Of a DNA stretch of 64,000 nucleotides, positions 28,785 through 38,489 are shown one piece after another. The position numbers and the translations under genes are program-made. The notes under the pieces were generated by a model, which did not search any database, was not told the origin of the DNA, and was given only the letters and a program-made list of their open reading frames with translations. Positions within the stretch are counted from its first letter, which is position 1; every line of letters begins with the position of its first letter. The stretch is from an uncultured Actinomycetota bacterium (GTDB lineage Bacteria > Actinomycetota > UBA4738 > HRBIN12), in the NCBI GenBank assembly GCA_963724415.1, contig CAVRUS010000011.1:256561-320560 (forward strand), read 5' to 3'.

Positions 28785-29567
28785 ATGCTCGGGGCACTGG
28801 TAGAGACGGGACTCTCGTCGTGGTGGGCGCCGGCCCTCGCGTTCGCGGCCGGTGTCGTGTCCTTCGCGAGCCCTTGCGTCTGGCCCCTGGTCCCGGGCTA
28901 CGTCTCGTTCGTGACCGGGAGCCGGGCGGCCGAAGGAGAGGGGCGGCGCCCACTCGTGCCGATCCTGCTGTTCATCCTCGGGTTCACGATCGTCTTCACC
29001 CTGCTGGGGGCGTTCGCCGGCACGTTCGTCCCGCTGTTCCGGGGTCCCTGGTTCCAGCGGGTGGCCGGGCTCTTCGTGCTCCTGCTCGGCCTCTTGATGA
29101 TCGGCTACGCGTTCCGGATGGGGTCGCCCGGCCTGTACGCGGAGCGGCGGCCGCTGCTCGAGCGTGTGCGCATCGGCGGGGCCGGCGCGCTCCCGCTCGG
29201 GGTCGCGTTCGCCGCCGGCTGGACCCCCTGCATCGGGCCGGTGCTCGCGGGGATCCTCGCGATCGCCGCGACCGGAGGTTCGATCAAGGGTGCCGCCCTC
29301 CTCGCCGTGTACTCGCTGGGCCTCGGCGTCCCGTTCCTCCTCGTGGGCCTGGGCGCCGACCGGCTCGTGGCGAGCCTCGGATGGATCCGGCGACACTACC
29401 GGGGGATCGCCGCTGTCTCGGGGGCGTTCCTGGTCGCGGTCGGCGTCCTGCTGATGACGGGACTGTTCACGGCAGTTCTTCGGCCCGCTCGCGCGGTTCG
29501 CGCCCGGGTTGTAGCGCGGGTGCCATGGACGGGTGCGGAGGGGCTCCCTAGCATCGGGGCGCGATGA
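28785..29567 (+). CDS. ccdA: Cytochrome c-type biogenesis protein CcdA (DsbD-like thiol-disulfide transporter)
   Basis: SPCVWPLVPGY motif and multi-TM profile; ATG 28785 by index arithmetic (alternative GTG 28752). Confidence 0.8.
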   Translation: MLGALVETGLSSWWAPALAFAAGVVSFASPCVWPLVPGYVSFVTGSRAAEGEGRRPLVPILLFILGFTIVFTLLGAFAGTFVPLFRGPWFQRVAGLFVLLLGLLMIGYAFRMGSPGLYAERRPLLERVRIGGAGALPLGVAFAAGWTPCIGPVLAGILAIAATGGSIKGAALLAVYSLGLGVPFLLVGLGADRLVASLGWIRRHYRGIAAVSGAFLVAVGVLLMTGLFTAVLRPARAVRARVVARVPWTGAEGLPSIGAR

Positions 29568-31108
29568 CGACCCCGTCCGGCCCCACGGTTCGCCAGTCGG
29601 TCGCCCTCGTCTGGCGCAACCTGCGCTCGATGCGCACGGCGTTGATCCTCCTCCTGATCCTCGCCGCGGCCTCGGTGATCGGGTCGCTCCTTCCCCAGAT
29701 CCCGAACTCGCCCGAGCGGGTGGGACGGTATCTCGACGACCACGGCGCGTGGGGGACCTTCCTCTTCCGAGCCGGCTTCCTCGACGTGTACGGGTCCTGG
29801 TGGTTCGTCTTGATCACGACCCTGCTGTTCGTCTCGCTCGCCGCGTGTCTGTTCCCGAGGACGCGCGCCCTCCTCCGCGCCCTGCGGCAGCGGCCGATCC
29901 ATGCGCGCGAGCTGGATGGGTTCCTCCACCACGCGGAGCTCCGGGTGGGAGCCACCCCCGACGAGGCCGCCGCAGGCGCCGCCCGCTACCTACGGCGGAA
30001 GCGGTTCCGTGTCTCCCGGCAGGGCGGCGCGGTGGCCGCGGAGAAGGGTGTGCTCCGTGAGGTCGGGAGTCTCCTGTTCCACGGCGCGTTCTTCCTCCTG
30101 CTCGTCGGCGTGATCGTGGGGAAGGGGACCGGGTTCACCGGTCGTGCCGTCGTCACGGAGGGCGAGACGTGGGTCGACGCGCGGGTCAACTATGCCGGCG
30201 AGATCCGCACCGGCCGCTACTTCGGGGGCGCGCACACCGGGATGGGGATCGAGCTCCTCGACTTCGACGACAGCTACCGCCGCAACGGGCTGCCGATCGA
30301 CTTCGTCTCCCGCGTCCGCTTCCTCGACCGAGACGGTCGGACAGCGGATCTCGAGGAGATCAGGGTGAACCACCCCGCGAGCCGGGACGGCCTCCGCATC
30401 TTCCAGGAGGGATTCGGCTGGGCGCCGGTGGTCACCGCCTCGCTCGACGGCACGCCGATGTGGTCCACACCGATCGACATGACGCGGGACCAGGCGCCGG
30501 AGGGCGTCCCGGGGACCGCGATGCCATGGCGAGGAGCGATCAAGCTGACCGCCCCCGATCCTGACGTGATGATCACGCTCGAGCTCTGGTCGGACTACCG
30601 GGCGTTCGTCAACCTCCAGCTCACCGGCGAACCCACGCCGATGCTGGTGCAGTTCGACCCGTTCATCCGCTACTCCGTCTACGTGGGCCGGATCCTCGAC
30701 CCGGCGCGGTCCTCGGTCGACCCGACCGGGATGCGGCGTGTGGCGCGCGGAGACCTCCACGCGGCCGGCACCGCGCACGCCGACGTGGCGGGCGTGGGGG
30801 ACCTCACGCTGTCCTTCCCGGAGCTCCGGCAGTACTCGGTCCTGTTGATCAGCCGCGACGTCGGCATCCCGGCGGTGCTCGCCGCCGCTATCCTCGTTCT
30901 CGTGGGACTCATCCCCGCGCTGTACGTCTCCCGGCGGAAGGTCTGGGTCCGAGCGGAGGCCGCCCCCGGCGGCACGCTCGTGAAGATCGGCGGCTTCGCC
31001 CTGCAGCGGAAGGAGTCCTTCGACGAGGAGTTCGATCGGATCGTGCGAGCCGTCGGCGGGCTCGAAGGAGCCGCGCCGCACACGGAGGAACGGGTGGGGA
31101 CGTCGTGA
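29564..31108 (+). CDS. resB: Cytochrome c biogenesis protein ResB (Ccs1)
   Basis: 514 aa with ResB architecture; ATGA overlap with ccdA. Confidence 0.85.
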   Translation: MTTPSGPTVRQSVALVWRNLRSMRTALILLLILAAASVIGSLLPQIPNSPERVGRYLDDHGAWGTFLFRAGFLDVYGSWWFVLITTLLFVSLAACLFPRTRALLRALRQRPIHARELDGFLHHAELRVGATPDEAAAGAARYLRRKRFRVSRQGGAVAAEKGVLREVGSLLFHGAFFLLLVGVIVGKGTGFTGRAVVTEGETWVDARVNYAGEIRTGRYFGGAHTGMGIELLDFDDSYRRNGLPIDFVSRVRFLDRDGRTADLEEIRVNHPASRDGLRIFQEGFGWAPVVTASLDGTPMWSTPIDMTRDQAPEGVPGTAMPWRGAIKLTAPDPDVMITLELWSDYRAFVNLQLTGEPTPMLVQFDPFIRYSVYVGRILDPARSSVDPTGMRRVARGDLHAAGTAHADVAGVGDLTLSFPELRQYSVLLISRDVGIPAVLAAAILVLVGLIPALYVSRRKVWVRAEAAPGGTLVKIGGFALQRKESFDEEFDRIVRAVGGLEGAAPHTEERVGTS

Positions 31109-32055
31109 GCGCTGAGCAGATCTCGAACACCGCGTTCGACGTCACCCTGTGGCTCTACCTGGGGGCGATGGTCCTGTCCTTCGCCTACCTCGCGGCCCGG
31201 CGCGAGGTGCTCTGGCGGCTCGCCAGGGTGGTCGCGATCGCCGGCGTGACGGCGAACCTCGTGTCGATCGTCGCGCGGGGCGTGGCGGCGCAGCGCGTGC
31301 CGTGGGGCAACATGTTCGAGTACTCGACGGTGCTCGCGTTCCTCGTGGTCCTCGGGACCCTCGTGTTCGTCGAGGGCATCGCGAAGATCAAGACCCTCAC
31401 CGGTTTCTCGCTGATGTTCGCGGTCTTCACCCTCGCGATCGCGGCGATCTTCTTCCCGGTGGAGCCGAGCCCGCTGCAGCCGGCGCTGAACTCGTACTGG
31501 ATCAAGATCCACGTCGTGGCCGCGATCACCGGGTCGTCGCTCTTCGCGATCGGCGGGATCGCGACGATCCTGTTCCTGATCAAGGACCGGTCGGAGCGGC
31601 GGGCGCTCGCGGGTCTCCGCGAGCGCCAGCCGGCGCCGATCATGGGCGGCGCGATCGAGGTCGATGCCCCCCACGACCTCCTCCCGGATCCCGAGGGATC
31701 CGGGAGTGCGACCCCCGAGGCCGGGCGCGGCGGCGTCCTGCCGTCCGCCGCCGCCCTGGACCGCGTGGCCTACCGGGTGATCGCGTTCGCGTTCCCGATC
31801 TGGACGTTCGCCGTGATCGCCGGCGCGATCTGGGCGCAGGACGCGTGGGGCCGCTACTGGGGATGGGACCCGAAGGAGACCTGGTCGTTCGTCACGTGGA
31901 CGATCTTCGCCGGCTATCTCCACGCTCGATCGACGGCGGGGTGGAAGGGTCGTCGCGCGGCGGTGATCGCCGTCGTGGGGTTCGTCTCGCTGCTGATCAC
32001 GTACTACGCGGTGAACCTATGGATCGTCGGACTGCATTCCTACAAGCTCGGATGA
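31105..32055 (+). CDS. resC: Cytochrome c biogenesis protein ResC/CcsA
   Basis: Tryptophan-rich WGRYWGWDPKETW motif; GTG start overlapping the resB stop. Confidence 0.85.
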   Translation: MSAEQISNTAFDVTLWLYLGAMVLSFAYLAARREVLWRLARVVAIAGVTANLVSIVARGVAAQRVPWGNMFEYSTVLAFLVVLGTLVFVEGIAKIKTLTGFSLMFAVFTLAIAAIFFPVEPSPLQPALNSYWIKIHVVAAITGSSLFAIGGIATILFLIKDRSERRALAGLRERQPAPIMGGAIEVDAPHDLLPDPEGSGSATPEAGRGGVLPSAAALDRVAYRVIAFAFPIWTFAVIAGAIWAQDAWGRYWGWDPKETWSFVTWTIFAGYLHARSTAGWKGRRAAVIAVVGFVSLLITYYAVNLWIVGLHSYKLG

Positions 32056-32144
32056 GACGTTCGGTCGCGCCGAACCCCGGTGATACAGTGCGCGCGGGCT
32101 CGCTGAGCCCGTCCTCAGGAGAGCTCCGGGAGACCGAAGGAACC

Positions 32145-33249
32145 GTGCGGAAGAGGGTGCTCTGGGCGACGGCCGCGATCGGCCTCCTCCTCCTGTTGAG
32201 CGCCTGCGCCCCCGACGCGACGCAGGACACGCTCCAGCCCAAGGGTCCCTATGCGCAGCTGCTGAAGGATCTGTTCGTCCCCGTCTTCTGGGTCGCCGTG
32301 GTCGTCTTCATCGTGGTCGAGGGCGGCATCGTGTGGATCACGATCCGCTTCCGCCATCGCAAGGGTCGCGAGCGCATGCCGGCGCAGATCCACGGGAACA
32401 CGCGCCTCGAGATCGCGTGGACGATCGCGCCCGCGCTGATCCTGGCCGTCGTGATGGTGCCGACGGTCGCGGTGATCTGGGATCTCGCGCGCAAGCCGCC
32501 CGAGGATGCCCTGAACGTCACCGTCGAAGGCTTCCAGTGGTGGTGGGGCTTCAAGTACACCGACGAGGACATGCGGACGGGCTACGGCGAGGGCGCGCCG
32601 ATCCGCACGGCCGACGTCCTGGTGATCCCCGAGGACCGTGTCGTCTACCTCTCGCTCGAAGCCGCGCGGGGGAGAGATCCAGGGGGACGATCCCGCCGCC
32701 TCGGACTACATGGTGATCCACTCCTTCTGGATCCCGGAGCTGGCGGGCAAGCAGGACGTGGTGCCCGGCAGGACGAACCACATCCTGATGCAAGCGGACG
32801 ACCCCGGCGTGTACACGGGCCAGTGCGCCGAGTTCTGCGGTCTCCAGCACGGTCGGATGCTCGTGCGGGTGGTCGCGCTCTCGGCCGAGGACTGGGACGC
32901 ATGGGTCGAGAACCAGAAGCGCACCGCGGTCATCCCGACCGATCCGCTCGCCCGGCAGGGGATGGACCTGTTCCTCGGACCGCTCTCGGGTGGTCGTGGG
33001 TCCTGCATCAACTGCCACGCCGTGGGCGGAACGGATGCCGTGAGCCAGGCCGGGCCCGAGCTGACCCACTTCGCCGACCCGACCCACGAGTGCTTCGCGG
33101 GGTGCAACTGGGAGGTGACGGATCGCGAGGCGCTGGAGGCCTGGCTCCGCGATCCGAACGCGGTGAAGCTGGGCGCGAAGATGCCGGACTACGACCTGAC
33201 CGAGCGGGAGATCGACGCCCTCGTGGCGTACCTCGAGAGCCTGACGTGA
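32145..33249 (+). CDS. ctaC: caa3-type cytochrome c oxidase subunit II with a C-terminal cytochrome c domain; +1 frameshift in a G5 run near 32668-32672
   Basis: GTG start gives a lipoprotein signal (MRKRVLWATAAIGLLLLLSAC). CuA site (HSFWIPEL, CAEFCGLQHGRM) and CINCH heme motif lie in the second frame (track ORF 32638..33249). Alternative ATG 32052 overlaps the resC stop. Confidence 0.75.
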
Positions 33250-33281
33250 GACGGACCATGCGACGACGGAGCGGATGACCG

Positions 33282-35177
33282 ATGGCGAGCGTGACCATGA
33301 CCCGGAGGCGCGAAGGGATCCTCCGTCGCCCGACGGCGATGACCGGCTTCTCGAGCTGGTTCACGACGATCGATCACAAGAAGATCGGGATCCTCTACGG
33401 GGCGACGGCGTTCGTGTTCTTCATCGTCGGAGGCGTCGAGGCGCTGCTGATCCGCGCCCAGCTCGCGCAGCCCGACAGCACGCTGCTGAACGCCGAGCAG
33501 TACAACCAGATCTTCACGATGCACGGGATCACGATGATCTTCCTCTTCGTGATGCCGATGGCGGCGGCGTTCTTCAACTACTTCATCCCGCTGATGATCG
33601 GTGCGAGGGACGTCGCGTTCCCGCGGTTGAACGCGTACAGCTACTGGGTGTTCCTGCTCGGCGGACTCTTCCTCTATTCGAGCTTCTTCCTCGGAGGGGC
33701 GCCGAACGGCGGATGGTTCGGCTACGCGCCGAACTCGACCACCGATCCGTCGATCGGGATGAGCTTCTATGCCATCGGGCTGATCATCACCGGGATCGCC
33801 TCGACGGCGGGAGCCGTGAACCTCGCCGTCACGGTCATCAATCTGCGGGCGCCGGGGATGTCCCTGTTCCGCGTGCCCGTGTTCGTCTGGATGGGGCTCG
33901 TGGTGCAGCTGCTGCTCGCCTTCTCCCTGCCGATCATCACGGTCGCGCTGTTCCAGCTGCTGTTCGACCGCGAGTTCCTGACGCACTTCTTCGATCCGAC
34001 GGCCGGGGGGGATCCGATCCTGTGGCAGCACCTCTTCTGGCTCTTCGGACATCCCGAGGTCTACGTGCTGATCCTCCCCGCCTTCGGCATCTTCTCTGAG
34101 GTCCTGCCGGTCTTCTCGCGGAAGCCCCTGTTCGGGTACCAGTTCGTCGTGTTCTCCGGGATCGCGATCGGATTCATCGGGTTCGGCGTGTGGGCCCACC
34201 ACATGTTCGCGGCCGGACTGGGGCCGGTGGCCAACACCGCCTTCGGCGTCACGACGGCGATCATCGCCGTTCCCACCGGCGTCAAGATCTTCAACTGGAT
34301 GGGCACCATCTACGGTGGCGACATCCGCTTCACGTCGGCGATGCTCTTCACGCTGGGCGGGATCATGATGTTCGTGATCGGCGGGCTCTCGGGCGTGATG
34401 CACTCGATCGTCCCGTCCGACTATCAGCAGACCGACACGTACTTCATCGTGGCCCACTTCCACTACGTGATCTTCGGAGGTGGCGTGTTCGCCTTCTTCA
34501 GCGCGATGTTCTACTGGTGGCCCAAGGTGTTCGGGCGCCTGCTGAACGAGCGGCTCGGGGTGATCGAGTTCGTCCTGATGACGATCGGGTTCAATCTGAC
34601 GTTCGGGCCCATGCACATCCTCGGCCTGCAGGGGATGATCCGGAGGACCTACACGTACCCGGAGTCGCTCGGTCTCACGTTCTGGAACGAAGCCGCCACG
34701 GTCGGTTCGTTCCTGATCGCCCTCTCGGTCCTGCTGTTCATCGTCAACGTCGTGATCAGCCACGCGAAGGCGAAGCCCGCCGACGTCGCCGACCCATGGG
34801 ACGCCCGCACCCTCGAATGGATGACGACCTCGCCGCCGCCCGTCCACAACTTCGACGAGGTGCCGACGGTCCACGCCCTGGATGAGTTCTGGCACCGCAA
34901 GTACGTGGAGGACGAGCGGACCGGCCGGCTCGTCCCGGCCCAGGCCGGAGCCGCGAACGGGGGCGCCGACGGGCGCGAGTCGGACGGATACGGCGCCACA
35001 CATGGCATCCACCTGCCCAGCCCGTCCTACTGGCCGCTCGTCGCCGCGCTCGGGATGCCGCTGATCGGCTTCGGGGTGCTCTTCTCCTCGTGGCTCGTCG
35101 GGGCCGGGGTCGTGATCGCGCTGACCGGCTTCTACGGATGGGCGATGGAGCCGTCCGTGTCGCCGGGGGAGGGGTAG
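33282..35177 (+). CDS. ctaD: Cytochrome c oxidase subunit I with a C-terminal two-helix extension
   Basis: 631 aa; canonical HCO subunit I motifs; likely true start near 33339 (MTGFSSWFTTIDHKKIG). Confidence 0.9.
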   Translation: MASVTMTRRREGILRRPTAMTGFSSWFTTIDHKKIGILYGATAFVFFIVGGVEALLIRAQLAQPDSTLLNAEQYNQIFTMHGITMIFLFVMPMAAAFFNYFIPLMIGARDVAFPRLNAYSYWVFLLGGLFLYSSFFLGGAPNGGWFGYAPNSTTDPSIGMSFYAIGLIITGIASTAGAVNLAVTVINLRAPGMSLFRVPVFVWMGLVVQLLLAFSLPIITVALFQLLFDREFLTHFFDPTAGGDPILWQHLFWLFGHPEVYVLILPAFGIFSEVLPVFSRKPLFGYQFVVFSGIAIGFIGFGVWAHHMFAAGLGPVANTAFGVTTAIIAVPTGVKIFNWMGTIYGGDIRFTSAMLFTLGGIMMFVIGGLSGVMHSIVPSDYQQTDTYFIVAHFHYVIFGGGVFAFFSAMFYWWPKVFGRLLNERLGVIEFVLMTIGFNLTFGPMHILGLQGMIRRTYTYPESLGLTFWNEAATVGSFLIALSVLLFIVNVVISHAKAKPADVADPWDARTLEWMTTSPPPVHNFDEVPTVHALDEFWHRKYVEDERTGRLVPAQAGAANGGADGRESDGYGATHGIHLPSPSYWPLVAALGMPLIGFGVLFSSWLVGAGVVIALTGFYGWAMEPSVSPGEG

Positions 35178-35179
35178 GG

Positions 35180-35825
35180 ATGGCCGACGTCGCGATCACG
35201 CACGGCGAGCCCCACGGCGCCGATCACCCGGAGACCACCACCGGGCTGCCCCACACCAAGCTCGCGATGTGGATCTTCCTGGCCTCCGAGTGCATGTTGT
35301 TCGGCGCGCTGATCACCACGTACGTGCTGTACCGGGGAGCGGAGCAACGGCGCCTCCCCTTCCCGCCGAGATCTTCGACATCCCGTACACGTCGGTGTCC
35401 TCGTTCGTGCTGCTCACGAGCTCGCTCACGATGGTGCTGGCGCTGTCCGCCGCGCAGGACCGCGACACCGGCAGGATGCGTCTGTGGCTGCTCACCACGG
35501 CGTTGCTCGGTCTGACGTTCGTCGGAGGCCAGGTCTACGAGTTCACCGCCTTCTACGAAGAGGGACTCAAGCTCTCGACACGAACCTCTTCGGGACGACC
35601 TTCTACGTCCTGACCGGGTTCCACGGCGTCCACGTCACGGTCGGCATCCTGATGCTGCTCTCGCTCGTCGGCCTGTCCTCCGCGGAGCGCCTCCCGGAGG
35701 ACCCGTCCTTCCCGGTCGAGATGGTGGGGCTCTACTGGCACTTCGTCGACATCGTGTGGATCGTGATCTTCACCGTCGTGTACCTGATCCCGACGCCCAG
35801 CCCGGGAGGTCCCGGTGGCCCTTGA
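35180..35825 (+). CDS. ctaE: Cytochrome c oxidase subunit III (short form); two -1 frameshifts near 35355-35365 and 35565-35575
   Basis: Subunit III segments lie in three successive frames (track ORFs 35090.., 35269.., 35484..): WIFLASECMLFGALITTY / EIFDIPYTSVSSFVLLTSSLTM / NLFGTTFYVLTGFHGVHV. Confidence 0.7.
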
Positions 35826-36144
35826 GCAGCACGAGGTCGAGCTGCCGGCCGAGCACGCCGGGTCGCACGCCGGCCACCCGGGCGCGAAGGAGTACGTGCG
35901 GATCGCGGTGATCCTGTTCGTCCTCACGGGACTCGAGATCGGCGCGTCGTACGCGGGCGTGAGCATCGGCATCCTGATCCCGACCCTGTGGGTCCTCGCG
36001 ATCGTGAAGTTCGCGCTCGTCGTGTTGTGGTTCATGCACCTGAGGTTCGACGACCGCCGCTACGCGCGCTTCTTCGTGATGGGCCTGTCCGGAGCGTCGG
36101 TGCTCTATCTCATCGTGCTGATCTCGTTGCGGGCCTGGGCCTGA
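35815..36144 (+). CDS. ctaF: Cytochrome c oxidase subunit IV (CtaF-like small subunit)
   Basis: 109 aa with 2-3 TM helices, directly after ctaE with 4-nt overlap. Confidence 0.55.
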   Translation: MALEQHEVELPAEHAGSHAGHPGAKEYVRIAVILFVLTGLEIGASYAGVSIGILIPTLWVLAIVKFALVVLWFMHLRFDDRRYARFFVMGLSGASVLYLIVLISLRAWA

Positions 36145-36974
36145 TGGCTCTGCCCCCGTTCCACGTGCACCTGGACGTGCTCGCGACGCTCGGCGGGCTG
36201 GCCGTCGCGTACCTGCTCGCCGCGGGGAGGCACGAGCAGACGACGGGGGAGCGGCTCCCGCGTGGTCGCCGGTACCGTTTCCTCGGCGGCGTCGCCGCGC
36301 TGCTCCTGGGCGCGACGTGGCCGATCCACGACCTCGCCGAGGGCTACCTCTACAGCATGCACATGGTGCAGCACATGCTGTTCACGTTCGTCGCGGCACC
36401 GCTGCTGCTCACGGGGACGCCGGCGTGGATGTGGCGCGCGCTGCTCCGGCCGGCGGCCGTGCGAGCGGTCTGGGGGCTGCTCACCCGTCCGCTCGTGGCA
36501 CTGATCGTCGCCAACGGCGTCCTGTTCTTCATCCACTGGCCCGCCGTCGTGTCGCTGTCGGTCCGGTCCGAGCTCGCGCACTTCTCGCTCCACACGTTGC
36601 TGCTGGGGTCCGCGATCGTGATGTGGTGGCCGGTGCTGTCGCCGCTGCCGGAGCTGCCCGCCCTGTCGCGGCCGGGTCAGCTCCTGTACCTCTTCTTCCA
36701 GTCGCTCGCACCGACGATCCCGGCCTCGTTCCTGACGTTCGGGACGGAGCCGCTCTACCCGATCTACGCCACGTTCCCCCGGATCTGGGGCATGGACGCG
36801 CTCACCGATCAGCTCATCGCCGGCCTCGTGATGAAGATCGTCGGCGGCGCGATCCTCTGGGTCGTGATCGCCGCGATCTTCTTCCGATGGGGCCACGAGG
36901 AGACGACCGAGGGCTGGGACGCCCTGAAGTTCCGCAACGTCGAACGGGAGATCCGCGCAGGGATGGGCCGATGA
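36144..36974 (+). CDS. ctaG: caa3-type cytochrome oxidase assembly factor CtaG (COG3336)
   Basis: Start by index arithmetic; multi-TM with conserved His/Met residues (MHMVQHMLF). Confidence 0.6.
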   Translation: MALPPFHVHLDVLATLGGLAVAYLLAAGRHEQTTGERLPRGRRYRFLGGVAALLLGATWPIHDLAEGYLYSMHMVQHMLFTFVAAPLLLTGTPAWMWRALLRPAAVRAVWGLLTRPLVALIVANGVLFFIHWPAVVSLSVRSELAHFSLHTLLLGSAIVMWWPVLSPLPELPALSRPGQLLYLFFQSLAPTIPASFLTFGTEPLYPIYATFPRIWGMDALTDQLIAGLVMKIVGGAILWVVIAAIFFRWGHEETTEGWDALKFRNVEREIRAGMGR

Positions 36975-37939
36975 GCGATCGCGGCGAGCGACAGAGCCTG
37001 CTGCTGCCGATCCTGATCCCCGTCGGCGGGCTCGCGGTGATCGTCCTCGTCCTCTTCCTGTTCTCGCGCGTGCTGCTGTCCGTGAAGCCGAACGCCGCGA
37101 CGGCCGTCGCGCTCGTCGTGGCCGCCGGGATCATGACGGTCGCGGCGTTCGTCGCGTCGCGCCGCAGCGTGACCGGGGCGACGCTCGGGTCCTTCGTCGG
37201 GGCGGCCGCCGGGATCGCGATGGCGGCCGGCGGGATCGCGATCGTGGTGATCGGGCCGCCGGAGGAGGAGATCCCGCCGATCCACGCCGTGCTCGCAGCG
37301 CCCGAAGGGGCGATCACCGAGGGCTTCTCGACGGACGCGCTGGCGTTCCTGCCCGATCGGCCCGTCGAGCTCGAGTTCACGAACGAGGACGCGACCGGAC
37401 ACAACATCTGGATCCTCGACGGACCCGACGACACCGCCCCGCCCTTGTTCCAGGGCGACGACGTCCCCGGGCCGGGGGAGACCATCTACCGGATACCCCC
37501 GCTCGAACCCGGCGAATACTTCTTCTTCTGCGAGCTGCACCCCGGCACGGCGATGGAGGGGACGGTGACGGTGTCCGAGGGCGCGGGAGCAGTCGAGGTC
37601 GTGGCGCAGAACACCGCGTTCGACACCGACGAGATCCACCTGCCGGCGGACACGCCGTCGAAGCTCACCCTCGATAACGAGGACGCCTTCGCCCACAACC
37701 TGTCGATCTACGAGGACGACACGGCCTCCGGCGTGCCCTTGTTCACGCTCGAGCCGTTCTCCGGGCCGGCGACGGAGACGAGGGACGTGCGGGCCCTCGC
37801 GGAGGGGGAGTACTACTTCCGCTGCGACATCCATCCGACGATGGAGGGCACGGTCGTGGTGGCGCCGGCACCGCCTCCCGGCGAGGGCGGGCCCGGGAAC
37901 GAGCCGGGGGAGCCGAGCGGGGACGACGAGGGCGGCTAG
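36971..37939 (+). CDS. Membrane-anchored protein with two cupredoxin (blue-copper) domains
   Basis: Two type-1 copper C-x2-H-x2-4-M sites (FFCELHPGTAMEG; YFRCDIHPTMEG) with upstream His (GHNIW; AHNLSIY); two N-terminal TM helices; ATGA overlap with ctaG. Confidence 0.65.
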   Translation: MSDRGERQSLLLPILIPVGGLAVIVLVLFLFSRVLLSVKPNAATAVALVVAAGIMTVAAFVASRRSVTGATLGSFVGAAAGIAMAAGGIAIVVIGPPEEEIPPIHAVLAAPEGAITEGFSTDALAFLPDRPVELEFTNEDATGHNIWILDGPDDTAPPLFQGDDVPGPGETIYRIPPLEPGEYFFFCELHPGTAMEGTVTVSEGAGAVEVVAQNTAFDTDEIHLPADTPSKLTLDNEDAFAHNLSIYEDDTASGVPLFTLEPFSGPATETRDVRALAEGEYYFRCDIHPTMEGTVVVAPAPPPGEGGPGNEPGEPSGDDEGG

Positions 37940-37952
37940 ACCCGCTGGTAGC

Positions 37953-38483
37953 GTGGTCCGCGTGCCCCTTCCCGCTCGTCGGCTCTCTTTCGTCGCGTCG
38001 CTCCTGTTGATCGTCACCGCGATCGCGTGCGCGTCGGGCGAGGACTCGATCTTCGGCGTCGCCGAGATGGATCGGCCGCTGCCTCGGCTCGTCGGCGAGA
38101 CGCTCGACGGCAGCCAGCTCGACGCCGCGGCGCATGCGGAGGGCGGCGTCCTGGTCATCAACGTCTGGGCGTCGGACTGCGCGCCGTGCCGTACCGAGCA
38201 GCCCGAGCTGGTGGATCTCGCGAACCGGTACGCGGCCGACGGCGTGCGCTTCCTCGGGATCAACTACGACGACGACCTGGATGCTGCGAACGCCTGGGTC
38301 GGGGAGTTCGACGTGCCGTACCCGAGCCTGTTCGACCCCTCCGGCCGGACCGCGGCCCAGCTCGGGTACCCGGCCCTCCCCGACACCTACGTCGTGGACG
38401 AGGGGGGAACGATCCGGTGGGTCGTGTTCGGCGCGACCGACGGACCGCAGCTCGCCGGCCTCATCGACGACGTGCTCGCCTGA
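37953..38483 (+). CDS. Thiol-disulfide oxidoreductase ResA/TlpA family lipoprotein
   Basis: WASDCAPC thioredoxin motif; lipobox IACASG. Confidence 0.8.
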   Translation: MVRVPLPARRLSFVASLLLIVTAIACASGEDSIFGVAEMDRPLPRLVGETLDGSQLDAAAHAEGGVLVINVWASDCAPCRTEQPELVDLANRYAADGVRFLGINYDDDLDAANAWVGEFDVPYPSLFDPSGRTAAQLGYPALPDTYVVDEGGTIRWVVFGATDGPQLAGLIDDVLA

Positions 38484-38489
38484 CGCCCC

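Noticed and set aside
32052-32144. Longer coxB start at ATG 32052 (ATGA-coupled to resC)
   Set aside because: It would put 31 non-signal residues in front of a textbook lipoprotein signal peptide; GTG 32145 with an upstream GAAGGA is preferred, though the longer form cannot be excluded.
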